A stretch of 64,000 bases of DNA, from NCBI GenBank assembly GCA_950054485.1, contig CATLPD010000001.1, forward strand, positions 623,255 through 687,254, given 5' to 3'. A model generated the notes under the pieces. The model saw only the letters and a list, made by a program, of their open reading frames with translations. It was not told the DNA's origin and made no database searches. This DNA is from an uncultured Alphaproteobacteria bacterium (GTDB lineage: Bacteria; Pseudomonadota; Alphaproteobacteria; Micavibrionales; CSBR16-224). Shown here in pieces: positions 8,653-17,830 of this stretch. Position 1 is the first letter of the stretch. Each line of letters begins with the position of its first letter. Made by a program: the position numbers and the translations under genes.

Positions 8653-9951
8653 ATGAAAAAACTTATGGCGGTTCTATGTATTACAGCCATGTTGCAAGGC
8701 TGCTCGACAGTCGAGTCCATGTTTGGCGGGGATGAAGACGAAGCCATTCTGCCAGGCGAACGATTCACGATTCTGGAACTTGAAGAACAGCTGGAGCCTG
8801 ACCCCGCCCTGAGTGCGGATCAAATCGTTTTACCCGAAGTCTGGAATAACCAGTTCTGGCCACAGTTGGGCGGTTATCCGAACCATGCGATGGGTCATGT
8901 GTCGCTGGGACAGAATTTGCAGCGTGCATGGAGCGCGGATATCGGCGCGGGCGGCAGCGAATTTCGTCCGCTTTTGATGCCGCCGATCGTCGCGGATAAT
9001 GCGGTTTTTACATTGGATGCTGATCTGGCGATTACAGCATTTAACGCTATGTCGGGTAAAAAGGCGTGGCGTGCCAGCCTGCCGGTTAAAAAACATGCTC
9101 GCGAAAGCGCGCTTGGCGGCGGGATCGCATATGGGGAGGGCAAAATCTTTGCCACCACAGGATTGCGTGAATTGTTTGTTCTGAATCCGCAGGATGGTCA
9201 AGTCGTTCATAAAATTGATCTGCCCAGCCCGACGCGCGCCGCACCCAGTGTCTTGGATGGACACATATATGTGCAAACTCTTGATAACCGTTTAAATGCC
9301 TACAGTACCGAAGATTATAAACCTGTCTGGGCCTACAGCGGCTTTAGTGAAACAACCAGCCTTTTGGGCGGGACCGCACCTGCCGTTAACAAAGACATTG
9401 TTGTTGCGGCCTTTTCAACAGGCGAGCTTTTGGCAATCCGCAATCTGAACGGACAATCCCTATGGTCGGATAATCTGGCATCAGTCAGACCGGCCAGTGC
9501 CCTTGCATCCATTGCTGATATCAAGGGCGGCGTTGTTCTGGATAAAGGTGTCGCCTATGCGATCAGTTATAATGGTCGTATGGTTGCAATTGATACTGCA
9601 TCGGGCCGTCGGATCTGGCAGCGTGAAATCGCCAGCACACAGACCCCTTGGTCTGTCGGCAATCTTGTCTATGTTGTGACTACGGATCGCGAGCTTGTGG
9701 CCCTTAGCCGTCGTGACGGTCGTATTTACTGGGTGAAACCTTTGGGTGGCGGCACATGGTATGGCCCCGTATTGGCGGGTGGGCGTTTGATTGCGCTGAA
9801 TAATGCCGGTCTGGTTTCAGAACATGACCCGGTTACAGGACAGCAATTGCGCGAATGGGAAGTCAAGGGCGAGCCTGCAGTCGCGCCTGTTATTTCAGGT
9901 GATACGATGTATATCCTGACCCAAAACGGTAATCTGGCGGCCTATAGATAA
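8653..9951 (+). CDS. bamB: outer membrane protein assembly factor BamB (PQQ-like beta-propeller lipoprotein)
   Basis: Track ORF starts at 8557. I chose ATG 8653, giving MKKLMAVLCITAMLQGC with lipobox LQGC. Repeated beta-propeller blades (IYVQTLDNRLNAY..., VYVVTTDRELVAL..., MYILTQNGNLAAY). yfgM-bamB-der synteny. Confidence 0.85.
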   Translation: MKKLMAVLCITAMLQGCSTVESMFGGDEDEAILPGERFTILELEEQLEPDPALSADQIVLPEVWNNQFWPQLGGYPNHAMGHVSLGQNLQRAWSADIGAGGSEFRPLLMPPIVADNAVFTLDADLAITAFNAMSGKKAWRASLPVKKHARESALGGGIAYGEGKIFATTGLRELFVLNPQDGQVVHKIDLPSPTRAAPSVLDGHIYVQTLDNRLNAYSTEDYKPVWAYSGFSETTSLLGGTAPAVNKDIVVAAFSTGELLAIRNLNGQSLWSDNLASVRPASALASIADIKGGVVLDKGVAYAISYNGRMVAIDTASGRRIWQREIASTQTPWSVGNLVYVVTTDRELVALSRRDGRIYWVKPLGGGTWYGPVLAGGRLIALNNAGLVSEHDPVTGQQLREWEVKGEPAVAPVISGDTMYILTQNGNLAAYR

Positions 9952-11372
9952 TGTTTAAACTTGCCATCATCGGCCGACCAAATGTCGGTAAATCAACGTT
10001 ATTTAATAAGCTGACAGGCAAGCGTCTGGCGATCGTCGATGACCGTCCGGGCATTACCCGTGATTGGCAAAAGGCGCGTGCCACCCTCTACGATCTGGAA
10101 TTTGATCTGATTGATACGGCAGGTCTCGAGGAAGAATTCAACGATTCCATCGAAGGGCGCATGCGCAAGCAAACCGAACATGCATTGGGTAATGCCGACA
10201 TGGCATTGATGGTGATTGATGCGCGCGATGGTCTGACCCCTGTTGACCGCCATTTTGCCGACTGGTTACGACGTCAGGATATTCCCGTGATATTGGCGGC
10301 GAATAAGTGCGATACAAAAATCGGACGTGAAAATCTTTTTGAAGCCTATGAATTGGGCCTTGGCGAACCGATCGCGATTTCGGCCGAACATGGGCTTGGC
10401 TATGGCGATTTGCACGAGGCATTAAAGCCGCATGTTGAACAACATAAAGATGACCCGCTCGAAACCGAAGACAAGGATGAAGATGAAACACCCGGCCTTG
10501 ATTACGATGAAGACAGTGGCTTTGGTTTCGGCGATGAAGATATCGAGGAACAGGGCGTAGAAAAACCGATCAAGATTGCAATCGTCGGGCGCCCGAATGT
10601 CGGTAAATCGACATTGGTCAATGCCCTTTTGGGCGAACACCGTATGATGACAGGGCCCGAGGCCGGAATTACCCGCGATGCCGTTTCAATTCCATGGGAA
10701 TATCAGGGTCGTAAATTGACATTGGTCGATACGGCCGGACTTCGCAAACGTGCCAAAATCACAGATGCGATGGAAAAAGACATGGCCCATGACGCGCTGC
10801 GTGCGATCCGTTTGGCGCAGGTCGTTGTGCTGGTTCTGGATGCTAATCAGGCAATGGAACGCCAGGACCTGACGATTGCCGATCATGTTATCCGCGAAGG
10901 GCGTGCCTTGGTGATCGCCATGAATAAATGGGATGATGTTGATGACCGCAAGGATACGCTGGAAGAATTGGAATATAAACTTGGAAAATCCCTGCCGCAG
11001 GTTAAACGTCTGCCGGTTGCAACGATTTCGGCGCTGCATAACAAACGCCTTGATACTCTGATGGCGCGTGTGTTTGATATCTACGAGCTGTGGAACCGCC
11101 GTGTGCCGACCGCCAAGCTGAACCGATGGCTGTCAATGATGGTATCCCATCATCCACCACCGCTATCACAAGGCCGCCAGAACAAGGTGCGTTACATGAC
11201 GCAAATCAAGGCCCGTCCCCCCAGCTTTGCGATATGGGTGTCAAAGCCGAAAGATGTGCCGGATTCATACGAGAAATATCTGACCAACGGTCTGCGCGAT
11301 GATTTTGATCTGCCGGGGGTGCCGATCCGTTTGTTCCTTAGAACATCGAAAAACCCTTATTCTAAACAATAA
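9951..11372 (+). CDS. der: ribosome biogenesis GTPase Der (EngA)
   Basis: 473 aa with two GTPase domains, each with a P-loop GRPNVGKST (aa 8-16 and ~210), DTAGL motifs, NKCD/NKWD, and a KH-like C-terminus. Confidence 0.95.
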   Translation: MFKLAIIGRPNVGKSTLFNKLTGKRLAIVDDRPGITRDWQKARATLYDLEFDLIDTAGLEEEFNDSIEGRMRKQTEHALGNADMALMVIDARDGLTPVDRHFADWLRRQDIPVILAANKCDTKIGRENLFEAYELGLGEPIAISAEHGLGYGDLHEALKPHVEQHKDDPLETEDKDEDETPGLDYDEDSGFGFGDEDIEEQGVEKPIKIAIVGRPNVGKSTLVNALLGEHRMMTGPEAGITRDAVSIPWEYQGRKLTLVDTAGLRKRAKITDAMEKDMAHDALRAIRLAQVVVLVLDANQAMERQDLTIADHVIREGRALVIAMNKWDDVDDRKDTLEELEYKLGKSLPQVKRLPVATISALHNKRLDTLMARVFDIYELWNRRVPTAKLNRWLSMMVSHHPPPLSQGRQNKVRYMTQIKARPPSFAIWVSKPKDVPDSYEKYLTNGLRDDFDLPGVPIRLFLRTSKNPYSKQ

Positions 11373-11373
11373 T

Positions 11374-11403
11374 AAAAAAGCCCGCGGTATCTGCGGGCTT
11401 TAA
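11374..11403. terminator. bidirectional rho-independent terminator between convergent genes
   Basis: aaaaaagcccgc-ggtatct-gcgggcttt: GC-rich stem flanked by an A-run and a T-run. It lies between the der stop (11372) and the stop of the minus-strand gene at 11405. Confidence 0.75.
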
Positions 11404-11404
11404 A

Positions 11405-12229
11405 TTATTTGGGTGCCTGTGGTGACTTGGGCTTTGGCGCTTTGTTTTCAGGTGCCGGATCTTTCGGTTTCGGATCAACTTGAGGCGCCTCGTCCTTTTT
11501 GCTTTTACCGAACTTCTTGCTCAGAAAGCCCGAAACCTTGTTTTTGACGTTGCTGGCGGTCTCTTTTGCGCCATCAGCCAGATCACCGGCTTTTTCCTTT
11601 GACGAATATTTAACAACGCTCAGGCTGGTTTTAACCAGAAATGGCGGCAAAACCTTTTCTTTAAAATGTTCGTTTGCGGAATTGAATTCCATGATCAGTG
11701 CGGGGGCAATTGTAAATGCACCAACCGCTGATGCAAATGCACCGATGGCAGCCGCAATACCGACAGGCCCGCCGATAAGTGTCATTGTCGCAAAAAGGCC
11801 GACAATACCCGTCAGGGCCAGACCGAATTTAACCGGGCGCATAACACCGTCCGCGCCGTGTTTAAAACGCGGGTTTCTTTCATATTCGCGGATTGCTTTA
11901 TCAACGAACCATTCATCATTAGGCATGTCTTCAACGGCATCCTTGCCCATCTTGACGGGGGATTTTTCGGCGACAATTGCCGCGATGCGATGTTGCTGCA
12001 GTTGTTTTTCAACCAGACCGCCGAACATCTTTTTACCCGTGGCAAAGGTCAGAGTCTTTGGAAGGCGTAAGGCGGGTAGGATAAGTTTATGGTAGGTGAA
12101 TGCGGGCGTGCGCGCGATTAAGCGTACCGGCGTAAAAAAAATCTGGACCGCTTGTGAAGCCTGACTTTTCAGATAAGTCTTGTCTATGGTTATTGTTTTT
12201 GGTTTTTCAGCTAGCTCTACTGCACTCAT
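11405..12229 (-). CDS. hypothetical membrane protein, Gly/Ala-rich hairpin, Pro/Lys-rich tail
   Basis: 274 aa. Hydrophobic block FGLALTGIVGLFATMTLIGGPVGIAAAIGAFASAVGAFTIAPALI. C-terminal tail KKFGKSKKDEAPQVDPKPKDPAPENKAPKPKSPQAPK. The start lies 1 nt after the upstream gene stop. Confidence 0.6.
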   Translation of the reverse strand: MSAVELAEKPKTITIDKTYLKSQASQAVQIFFTPVRLIARTPAFTYHKLILPALRLPKTLTFATGKKMFGGLVEKQLQQHRIAAIVAEKSPVKMGKDAVEDMPNDEWFVDKAIREYERNPRFKHGADGVMRPVKFGLALTGIVGLFATMTLIGGPVGIAAAIGAFASAVGAFTIAPALIMEFNSANEHFKEKVLPPFLVKTSLSVVKYSSKEKAGDLADGAKETASNVKNKVSGFLSKKFGKSKKDEAPQVDPKPKDPAPENKAPKPKSPQAPK

Positions 12230-12230
12230 T

Positions 12231-12551
12231 TTATATTCCTGCTTTTTTAAATTCTGTCGTCGGGCTTTTCATTTTGCTTTCACCAGGGTTTAAAAGTTCA
12301 TTTATCCCGGTAACCAGATAGGGTAAAATATACCCCATCCCACCTGACAACATAATGCCACCAAATGCCATTCCCGGCTGGGTCGCAAAGCTGGTAATGG
12401 CCAAAGCCACGCCGCCAATAGCCCCGGCGCTGCATATCATGCCCATACCTACCAGCATTGTCAGGCCAATCCATGTCCCCGCATCCCTTTTGGGTTTATC
12501 AGCCTTTTTGTCGGCCTTTGCGGGTTTGTTGAAATCTTTTTTCGTGGTCAT
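12231..12551 (-). CDS. hypothetical small membrane protein, Gly-rich hairpin
   Basis: 106 aa. Lys-rich N-terminus (KKDFNKPAKADKKADKPKRD), then WIGLTMLVGMGMICSAGAIGGVALAITSFATQPGMAFGGIMLSGGMGYILPYLV. Confidence 0.6.
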   Translation of the reverse strand: MTTKKDFNKPAKADKKADKPKRDAGTWIGLTMLVGMGMICSAGAIGGVALAITSFATQPGMAFGGIMLSGGMGYILPYLVTGINELLNPGESKMKSPTTEFKKAGI

Positions 12552-12654
12552 GTGCCATTATCCTGTAAAGCTACTTTTAAATGGTATTACGACCTGCGGT
12601 AAAGTCAATCCCAAGACGTCATTTAGACTATCAGAGGGCGACAATTATGTCAAT

Positions 12655-13764
12655 CTACTTTTGAGTGGGCTTTTTGGTTTTTACTGATTTTGCCACAGGT
12701 TTTTTTGGTTCTGTCTTTGTGAGCCCTTTGTTATCGTTACCTGCCGTTGCAGATTGTTTTGTGGCTTTTTCAAAGCTCTCGCTGCATTCGCTTGTCGTAT
12801 GGATCATTTCAGGCTCATCAACAGGTGCGCGCGCCGGCAAATCCGGCATTTTGGCCAGTTGTTGTTTAAAGATTTTTTCCTGCCTGTGATTGTGAATAGA
12901 TTCACGAACGGCGTTACCAAGTGAACGCACAAGATGTGCAGAATGTGAAACAAGGGCGATGGTACCACCGATCACGCCCGCCACTGCCCCCAGTACCAGC
13001 ATCGTGGCCAGTGAAAACGTCAGAACGGGCAGGGCAACTGTCTGTGTTGCCAAAATGGTACCTGCAGATAATATGGTTGCGACAGATCCGCTGGTTGCAT
13101 AGGTGCGCAGGCGGACTTCCTGATCCTTGCCAATGTAATTCAGATGTTTCCAGATCGTCATCTCTTTAAACATACGATAGCCTTTTGACTCGGCGACACG
13201 TTCGGCAAAGGGACTGCTTTTGGCGCGCTGCCATAGGCTGGTTTTCTGGACGATCTTGGCAGGCGCCAGTACCTTTCTCTTCATTTTCTTTAAAGCCGGT
13301 GCAGCTGTTTCCTGATCAGGGGGTGCTTTGGCGGCCTTATTAAAAACTTTGCGGTATCCGTCTTTGATCAGTCCACCACCAAAATTCAACGTTCCGTATA
13401 TTCCAAAAGCCAACAGGCCGACACCCGTGGCTGTCAGGGCAATCGCCATTGCCGATATGCTGGTAACCAAAACCCCGGCCAGCATAAAGCTGCCGGCAAC
13501 CATTGCGGTTATTCCGCCGCGCGCCGCCATAAATTTGGGAAAAAATTTGTAATCGTTAATCTGTTGGTATTTGCGGTAGGCCCACGTGTTTTCGACAAAA
13601 TTCTCGACATCTTTATATCGACGATAAAGCCAGGTTTTTTTCCAACCGCGATAGGCGCGACGCCACAGTTTATCTTTCTTTTCAGGTGCATGCGATTTGT
13701 CCGCAGCACCCCGTGCAACGTCTTTTTCTGCAGCTACGCTGTTATTATCTGAAACTTTTGACAT
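12655..13764 (-). CDS. hypothetical membrane protein with two Gly/Ala-rich hydrophobic hairpins
   Basis: 369 aa. Aromatic/basic segment WRRAYRGWKKTWLYRRYKDVENFVENTWAYRKYQQ. Two ~45-60 aa hydrophobic blocks (GGITAMVAGSFMLAGVLVTSISAMAIALTATGVGLLAFGIYG; SGSVATILSAGTILATQTVALPVLTFSLATMLVLGAVAGVIGGTIALV). Lys-rich tail. Confidence 0.6.
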   Translation of the reverse strand: MSKVSDNNSVAAEKDVARGAADKSHAPEKKDKLWRRAYRGWKKTWLYRRYKDVENFVENTWAYRKYQQINDYKFFPKFMAARGGITAMVAGSFMLAGVLVTSISAMAIALTATGVGLLAFGIYGTLNFGGGLIKDGYRKVFNKAAKAPPDQETAAPALKKMKRKVLAPAKIVQKTSLWQRAKSSPFAERVAESKGYRMFKEMTIWKHLNYIGKDQEVRLRTYATSGSVATILSAGTILATQTVALPVLTFSLATMLVLGAVAGVIGGTIALVSHSAHLVRSLGNAVRESIHNHRQEKIFKQQLAKMPDLPARAPVDEPEMIHTTSECSESFEKATKQSATAGNDNKGLTKTEPKKPVAKSVKTKKPTQK

Positions 13765-13934
13765 CTAATCCGACAAAATAATCTATATCACTATATAAAT
13801 ACAGTACAAAAAAGACAAATAAGAGTCACGAAAAAATTTTTACGAAAAACGAATTATGTAACTCTTTGTTAATTTTATTGCCATAAAGTTATTATAGTCC
13901 ACAAAGAAAAGTGACGAATAACAGGAGAAAAACA

Positions 13935-14288
13935 ATGGCAGATATTAAGCAGTTTGGTGATGAGTATAAAGTTCTGAATGACAGATTGGCCTATATTGGT
14001 GCAGCAAGAATTCAGGGAAAACCCACAACATTATATGCGCATTATGATGGCGGACTTGTGTCACTGAGAGATGATAGAAACCCTCATCAAGGGCAAACAA
14101 TAGGAACCCCTATGAATGCAGAGGTCTTGGGAAGGCGTTTGGAAACACTTAGAGCGTCTGAGGATCCTGACCATGTTGCCTTGGCTAAAAAACTTGAGCC
14201 TGTGCATAAGAAAATTGGTGGCCATAGCGGTTTGGCGCAAAAGCAGAACGATCAAAGCGGCCCGGCAGCGCTGGGGCAAGGTGCATAA
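13935..14288 (+). CDS. hypothetical protein
   Basis: Track ORF starts at 13911. ATG 13935 is preceded by aggaga (13923-13928). 117 aa, no recognisable family. Confidence 0.5.
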   Translation: MADIKQFGDEYKVLNDRLAYIGAARIQGKPTTLYAHYDGGLVSLRDDRNPHQGQTIGTPMNAEVLGRRLETLRASEDPDHVALAKKLEPVHKKIGGHSGLAQKQNDQSGPAALGQGA

Positions 14289-14330
14289 TTAATTCATTGC
14301 CTGATTAAAGGGCTTTGGTAAAATGTAGGC

Positions 14331-14690
14331 ATGAGCTATGACGATCAAAATATATTTGCCAAAATTCTGCGCGGAGAAATTCCGAACAAAACCGTCTATG
14401 AAGACGATCATGTACTGGCTTTCGAGGATATAAATCCACATGCACCGGTTCATGTTCTTGTGATCCCGAAGGGACCATACACTGATATCGGCGATTTCAG
14501 CGCGAATGCATCCGATCTTGAAATTACGGCCTATTATCGTGCCTTTCCGAAAATACTGGATAAACTGGATCTGACCGGCGACGGGTATCGCGTGATTGCC
14601 AATTGCGGTATTAACGGCGGACAGGAAGTCCCCCATTTCCACAGTCATATTCTGGGCGGTACCAAAATCGGATGCATGGTATCGAAATAG
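14331..14690 (+). CDS. HIT family (histidine triad nucleotide-binding) protein
   Basis: 119 aa. IFAKILRGEIP...DINPHAPVHVLVIPK...VPHFHSHILGG contains the HxHxHxx histidine triad. Confidence 0.85.
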   Translation: MSYDDQNIFAKILRGEIPNKTVYEDDHVLAFEDINPHAPVHVLVIPKGPYTDIGDFSANASDLEITAYYRAFPKILDKLDLTGDGYRVIANCGINGGQEVPHFHSHILGGTKIGCMVSK

Positions 14691-14727
14691 GTTTTCTTTA
14701 ACAAATTTCTGTTATTATAGAATCAGG

Positions 14728-15486
14728 ATGAGAGGCACAATTTTAAAATACGGGATTATTCCCTGTATGGCGTTTGCCGTTTTGGTGGGCGCGCCATCTG
14801 TCATGGCGCAAAGCTATCCGGGCCTCAGTTCCGGCACTTCACAAAATTCGCCATCAGGCAGTGTTAAAAAGGCCCCTTCAAAAGGCTATGGGGGCTTGAA
14901 TATCGGGCGTTCCAATACACGTGCGCCCGTCCGCACCCAGGTTGGGGGTGAAGAAGAGCAAACAGTAGCGGAAGAACTGAGCAGCACGAGCGAACCTGTC
15001 GGCACAGAAGCAAACGACAGACAGGCGCGTGCGATTCAGCAAGAGGGTTTCACTTCAGGTCAGAATCTGGCCCCTGCCATACAAACCCCCGAAGATCTTA
15101 AGATGGCGGCTGCAATTCAGGAAAATGCCAAAAACCTGCGTGAAACCGTGATACCCAGCCCGAAACTGCGCGAAAAAACGCTGGCGGTTTTGAATAAGCC
15201 GCAGGAAAAAGTGGATGGCATGTGGCCGGTCGAGGCACGGGCTGTTTCTTATATCCAGATGGCCTTTGCGGATATAAAAAATGCGCCGCCCAATCAGCGC
15301 CGTGAAAAAATTACAGCAATTAAACAGCAAATTGAAACGATGATGGATGCAAATCTGGTGCGTCTGGCAACAGATGACAGTGTCTCTGTCAAAATGGGGG
15401 TTAGTCCCGCAGCGGTTAAGCAAAGCAAAGCTGCAGCCGAGGCGACAAACAAACGATTGCAACAGGCTTTAAAAAGGCTGAGATAG
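14728..15486 (+). CDS. hypothetical secreted protein
   Basis: Track ORF starts at 14596 and overlaps the HIT gene. ATG 14728 gives MRGTILKYGIIPCMAFAVLVGAPSVMAQ, a signal peptide. The C-terminal half is helical. Confidence 0.55.
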   Translation: MRGTILKYGIIPCMAFAVLVGAPSVMAQSYPGLSSGTSQNSPSGSVKKAPSKGYGGLNIGRSNTRAPVRTQVGGEEEQTVAEELSSTSEPVGTEANDRQARAIQQEGFTSGQNLAPAIQTPEDLKMAAAIQENAKNLRETVIPSPKLREKTLAVLNKPQEKVDGMWPVEARAVSYIQMAFADIKNAPPNQRREKITAIKQQIETMMDANLVRLATDDSVSVKMGVSPAAVKQSKAAAEATNKRLQQALKRLR

Positions 15487-15511
15487 TCATATTTACAAAA
15501 AGGAGGGTAAA

Positions 15512-16075
15512 ATGACAAAATTTAAAAAACTTTTGACGGTATCCAGCATGCTGGTCGGGGTGGCGATGATGTTCCCTGCAGACAGTTTTGCGCAAGATTA
15601 CAGAGGCTTGTCCATTTCACGCGATAACCCGCGACTGAGCGCAGAACCCGAGGCATATCCGCGTGGTGGGATCGATCCTTACGTATCACAACCCGTTGAT
15701 CGCGTAATGCCACGGCCTGGCACAGCGCGCATTGCGCCTGACGTACAAAGACCGACAACGGCAACGGAAGGCAATAATCGCGGCACAGCAACTATTGATG
15801 CGACCGCAGCGCGCGAGGCCAGACAGGCCGCACTTGAGGCCGAACGCCAGGCCCGCATTGACGAGCTGAACCAGATCCGTGATCAGCAAACGATTAATCG
15901 CGCCGAATACCTTAGCGATCGTTCTGCCGGAACAGACAACCCGGGCGGTATGTCATTGGAAGAACGCTTTACCTGGAATCAGGATAAGATGGCATTGCTG
16001 GAAGCCTACAAGCAAAGACGCAGCCAAGAGCTTGAATTACGTCAGCAAGCCTACGAAAGCATGCGCCAACGCTGA
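15512..16075 (+). CDS. hypothetical secreted protein (coiled-coil C-terminus)
   Basis: 187 aa. Signal peptide MTKFKKLLTVSSMLVGVAMMFPADSFAQ, SD ggaggg upstream. Arg/Gln/Glu-rich helical C-terminus. Confidence 0.6.
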   Translation: MTKFKKLLTVSSMLVGVAMMFPADSFAQDYRGLSISRDNPRLSAEPEAYPRGGIDPYVSQPVDRVMPRPGTARIAPDVQRPTTATEGNNRGTATIDATAAREARQAALEAERQARIDELNQIRDQQTINRAEYLSDRSAGTDNPGGMSLEERFTWNQDKMALLEAYKQRRSQELELRQQAYESMRQR

Positions 16076-16158
16076 TATATGAAATAAAATCAGCGCGACT
16101 TAAAAGATTTTAACACCGGTATGTTTATGATATAACTGTATTTCAATAATGTGGGGAT

Positions 16159-17160
16159 ATGGATATGTCACTTGAAACGCCGGTGTTAATTGGCCTCAGC
16201 GCGGTTATTATTTCAGTTTATGATGCTGTTCCCAAGGTCTTTACACTTAGCGGGGCGGATCACGGCGTTTTCAAGGCGCACGAGGAAAATACCGGAAAAT
16301 CACAATATGCATTGCCTTTCGGGCCTTTTGATCCTGACCGTCATGATACGCTGGAACTGGGGCTGCGCGAATGGGTGCGCACGCAAACGCCGGTTAAACC
16401 CGGTTACGTTGAACAGCTTTATACCTTTGGTAACAAAGGGCGCTATCTTTATCGCGAAGATAAGGGCCCGCGTGTGATATCGGTTGGATATTTGGCGCTG
16501 ACACGTTATCTGGATGATGTCGCGAAAACCGATGACACCCATTTCTGGGCCGATTGGTATGATTATTTCCCTTGGGAAGACTGGCGTCAAGGGCGTCCGG
16601 CGATGATTGATGGCTTTATTTTGCCGCAATTACGCGATTGGGCGAATGATGCTGACAGCAATGCCGCGCGGCAGGAACGGCTGTCACGCATTCAGCTATG
16701 TTTCGGCACAGACGATTTAGGCTGGGATAATGAAAAGGTGCTTGAAAGATACGAGCTTTTGTATTCCGCACGTTTGGTATACGAAGCCTGCCGCGATAAG
16801 AAAATCGAATGCAAACCCGAAGATGTCGCGATGTCACAGCCTATGCAGTTTGACCACAGGCGTATTCTGGCGACAGCCATTGGCCGTCTGCGCGGTAAAT
16901 TGAAATACCGCCCTGTTGTTTTCGAAATGATGAGCGAGAGTTTCACGCTGCTTGAATTGCAACGCACGGTCGAGGCCGTATCAGGACATAATCTGCATAA
17001 ACAGAATTTCCGTCGTCTGGTTGAAAATTCGGGCATGGTCGAGGAAACGGGTAAAAGCACCAAACGTGGCGGGGGCCGACCTGCCAGTCTTTACCGTTTC
17101 AGAACAGATGTGATGCTGGAGCGTCAGGCACCGGGTGTGAAACTATCCCCGACATCCTAG
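16159..17160 (+). CDS. NrtR/NadQ-like regulator (degenerate Nudix domain + C-terminal winged helix)
   Basis: 333 aa. The N-terminal Nudix-like fold lacks an intact Nudix box (LELGLREWVRTQT, no REx2EE). The C-terminal FDHRRILATAIGRLRGKLKYRPVVFEMMSESFTLLELQRTVEAVSG...NFRRLV...GGGRPASLYRF is typical of the NrtR-type wHTH. Confidence 0.65.
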   Translation: MDMSLETPVLIGLSAVIISVYDAVPKVFTLSGADHGVFKAHEENTGKSQYALPFGPFDPDRHDTLELGLREWVRTQTPVKPGYVEQLYTFGNKGRYLYREDKGPRVISVGYLALTRYLDDVAKTDDTHFWADWYDYFPWEDWRQGRPAMIDGFILPQLRDWANDADSNAARQERLSRIQLCFGTDDLGWDNEKVLERYELLYSARLVYEACRDKKIECKPEDVAMSQPMQFDHRRILATAIGRLRGKLKYRPVVFEMMSESFTLLELQRTVEAVSGHNLHKQNFRRLVENSGMVEETGKSTKRGGGRPASLYRFRTDVMLERQAPGVKLSPTS

Positions 17161-17789
17161 ACCGTTTTCTGTTTAAAGCGGCATAGATCATTGACAATAC
17201 ATTCCCCGCACAGGGGTGTACGTGCCTTGCAAACATAGCGCCCATGTAAAATCAGCCAATGGTGGGAATGGCGTTTATATTCGTCGGGAATGCGTTTTTC
17301 CAGTTTCTTTTCAACAGCATTAACGGTTTTGGCAGGTGCCAGACCCGTGCGGTTTGACACCCGGAAAATATGGGTATCGACGGCAATCGTCGACTGACCG
17401 AATGCGATATTCAAAACGACATTTGCTGTTTTACGGCCGACGCCGGCCAGTTTCACCAATTCATCGCGGGTTTCAGGAACCTTGGAATTGTGATGCGTGA
17501 TCAGATCCTCGGACAGTTTGATTACGTTTTTCGCCTTTGAATTATAAAGGCCGATGGTTTTGATATGTTCTTTCAGGCCGTCTTCGCCCAACTCCACCAT
17601 TTGTTCGGGGGTGGTGACGATTTTAAAAAGATCCTTTGTTGCTTTATTCACACCGACATCTGTTGCTTGTGCTGACAAAACAACCGCGACCAAAAGGGTA
17701 TAGGTATTGACGTAGTCAAGTTCACCCTCGGGCTCGGGATTGGCGTCATGCAGGCGCTTAAAAAATTCTTGGATTTCTGCTTTTGTCAT
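17157..17789 (-). CDS. nth: endonuclease III
   Basis: 210 aa. HhH-GPD region LVKLAGVGRKTANVVL, catalytic region VDTHIFRV, and the Fe-S cluster loop CKARTPLCGECIVNDLC. Confidence 0.95.
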   Translation of the reverse strand: MTKAEIQEFFKRLHDANPEPEGELDYVNTYTLLVAVVLSAQATDVGVNKATKDLFKIVTTPEQMVELGEDGLKEHIKTIGLYNSKAKNVIKLSEDLITHHNSKVPETRDELVKLAGVGRKTANVVLNIAFGQSTIAVDTHIFRVSNRTGLAPAKTVNAVEKKLEKRIPDEYKRHSHHWLILHGRYVCKARTPLCGECIVNDLCRFKQKTV

Positions 17790-17830
17790 GGCAGAAAGGT
17801 AGCATATTTAAAAAATAAAGGACAAGGCCT

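Noticed and set aside
14596-14727. Longer start for the secreted ORFan overlapping the HIT gene.
   Set aside because: ATG 14728 gives a proper signal peptide. The extension overlaps the conserved HIT C-terminus in another frame.
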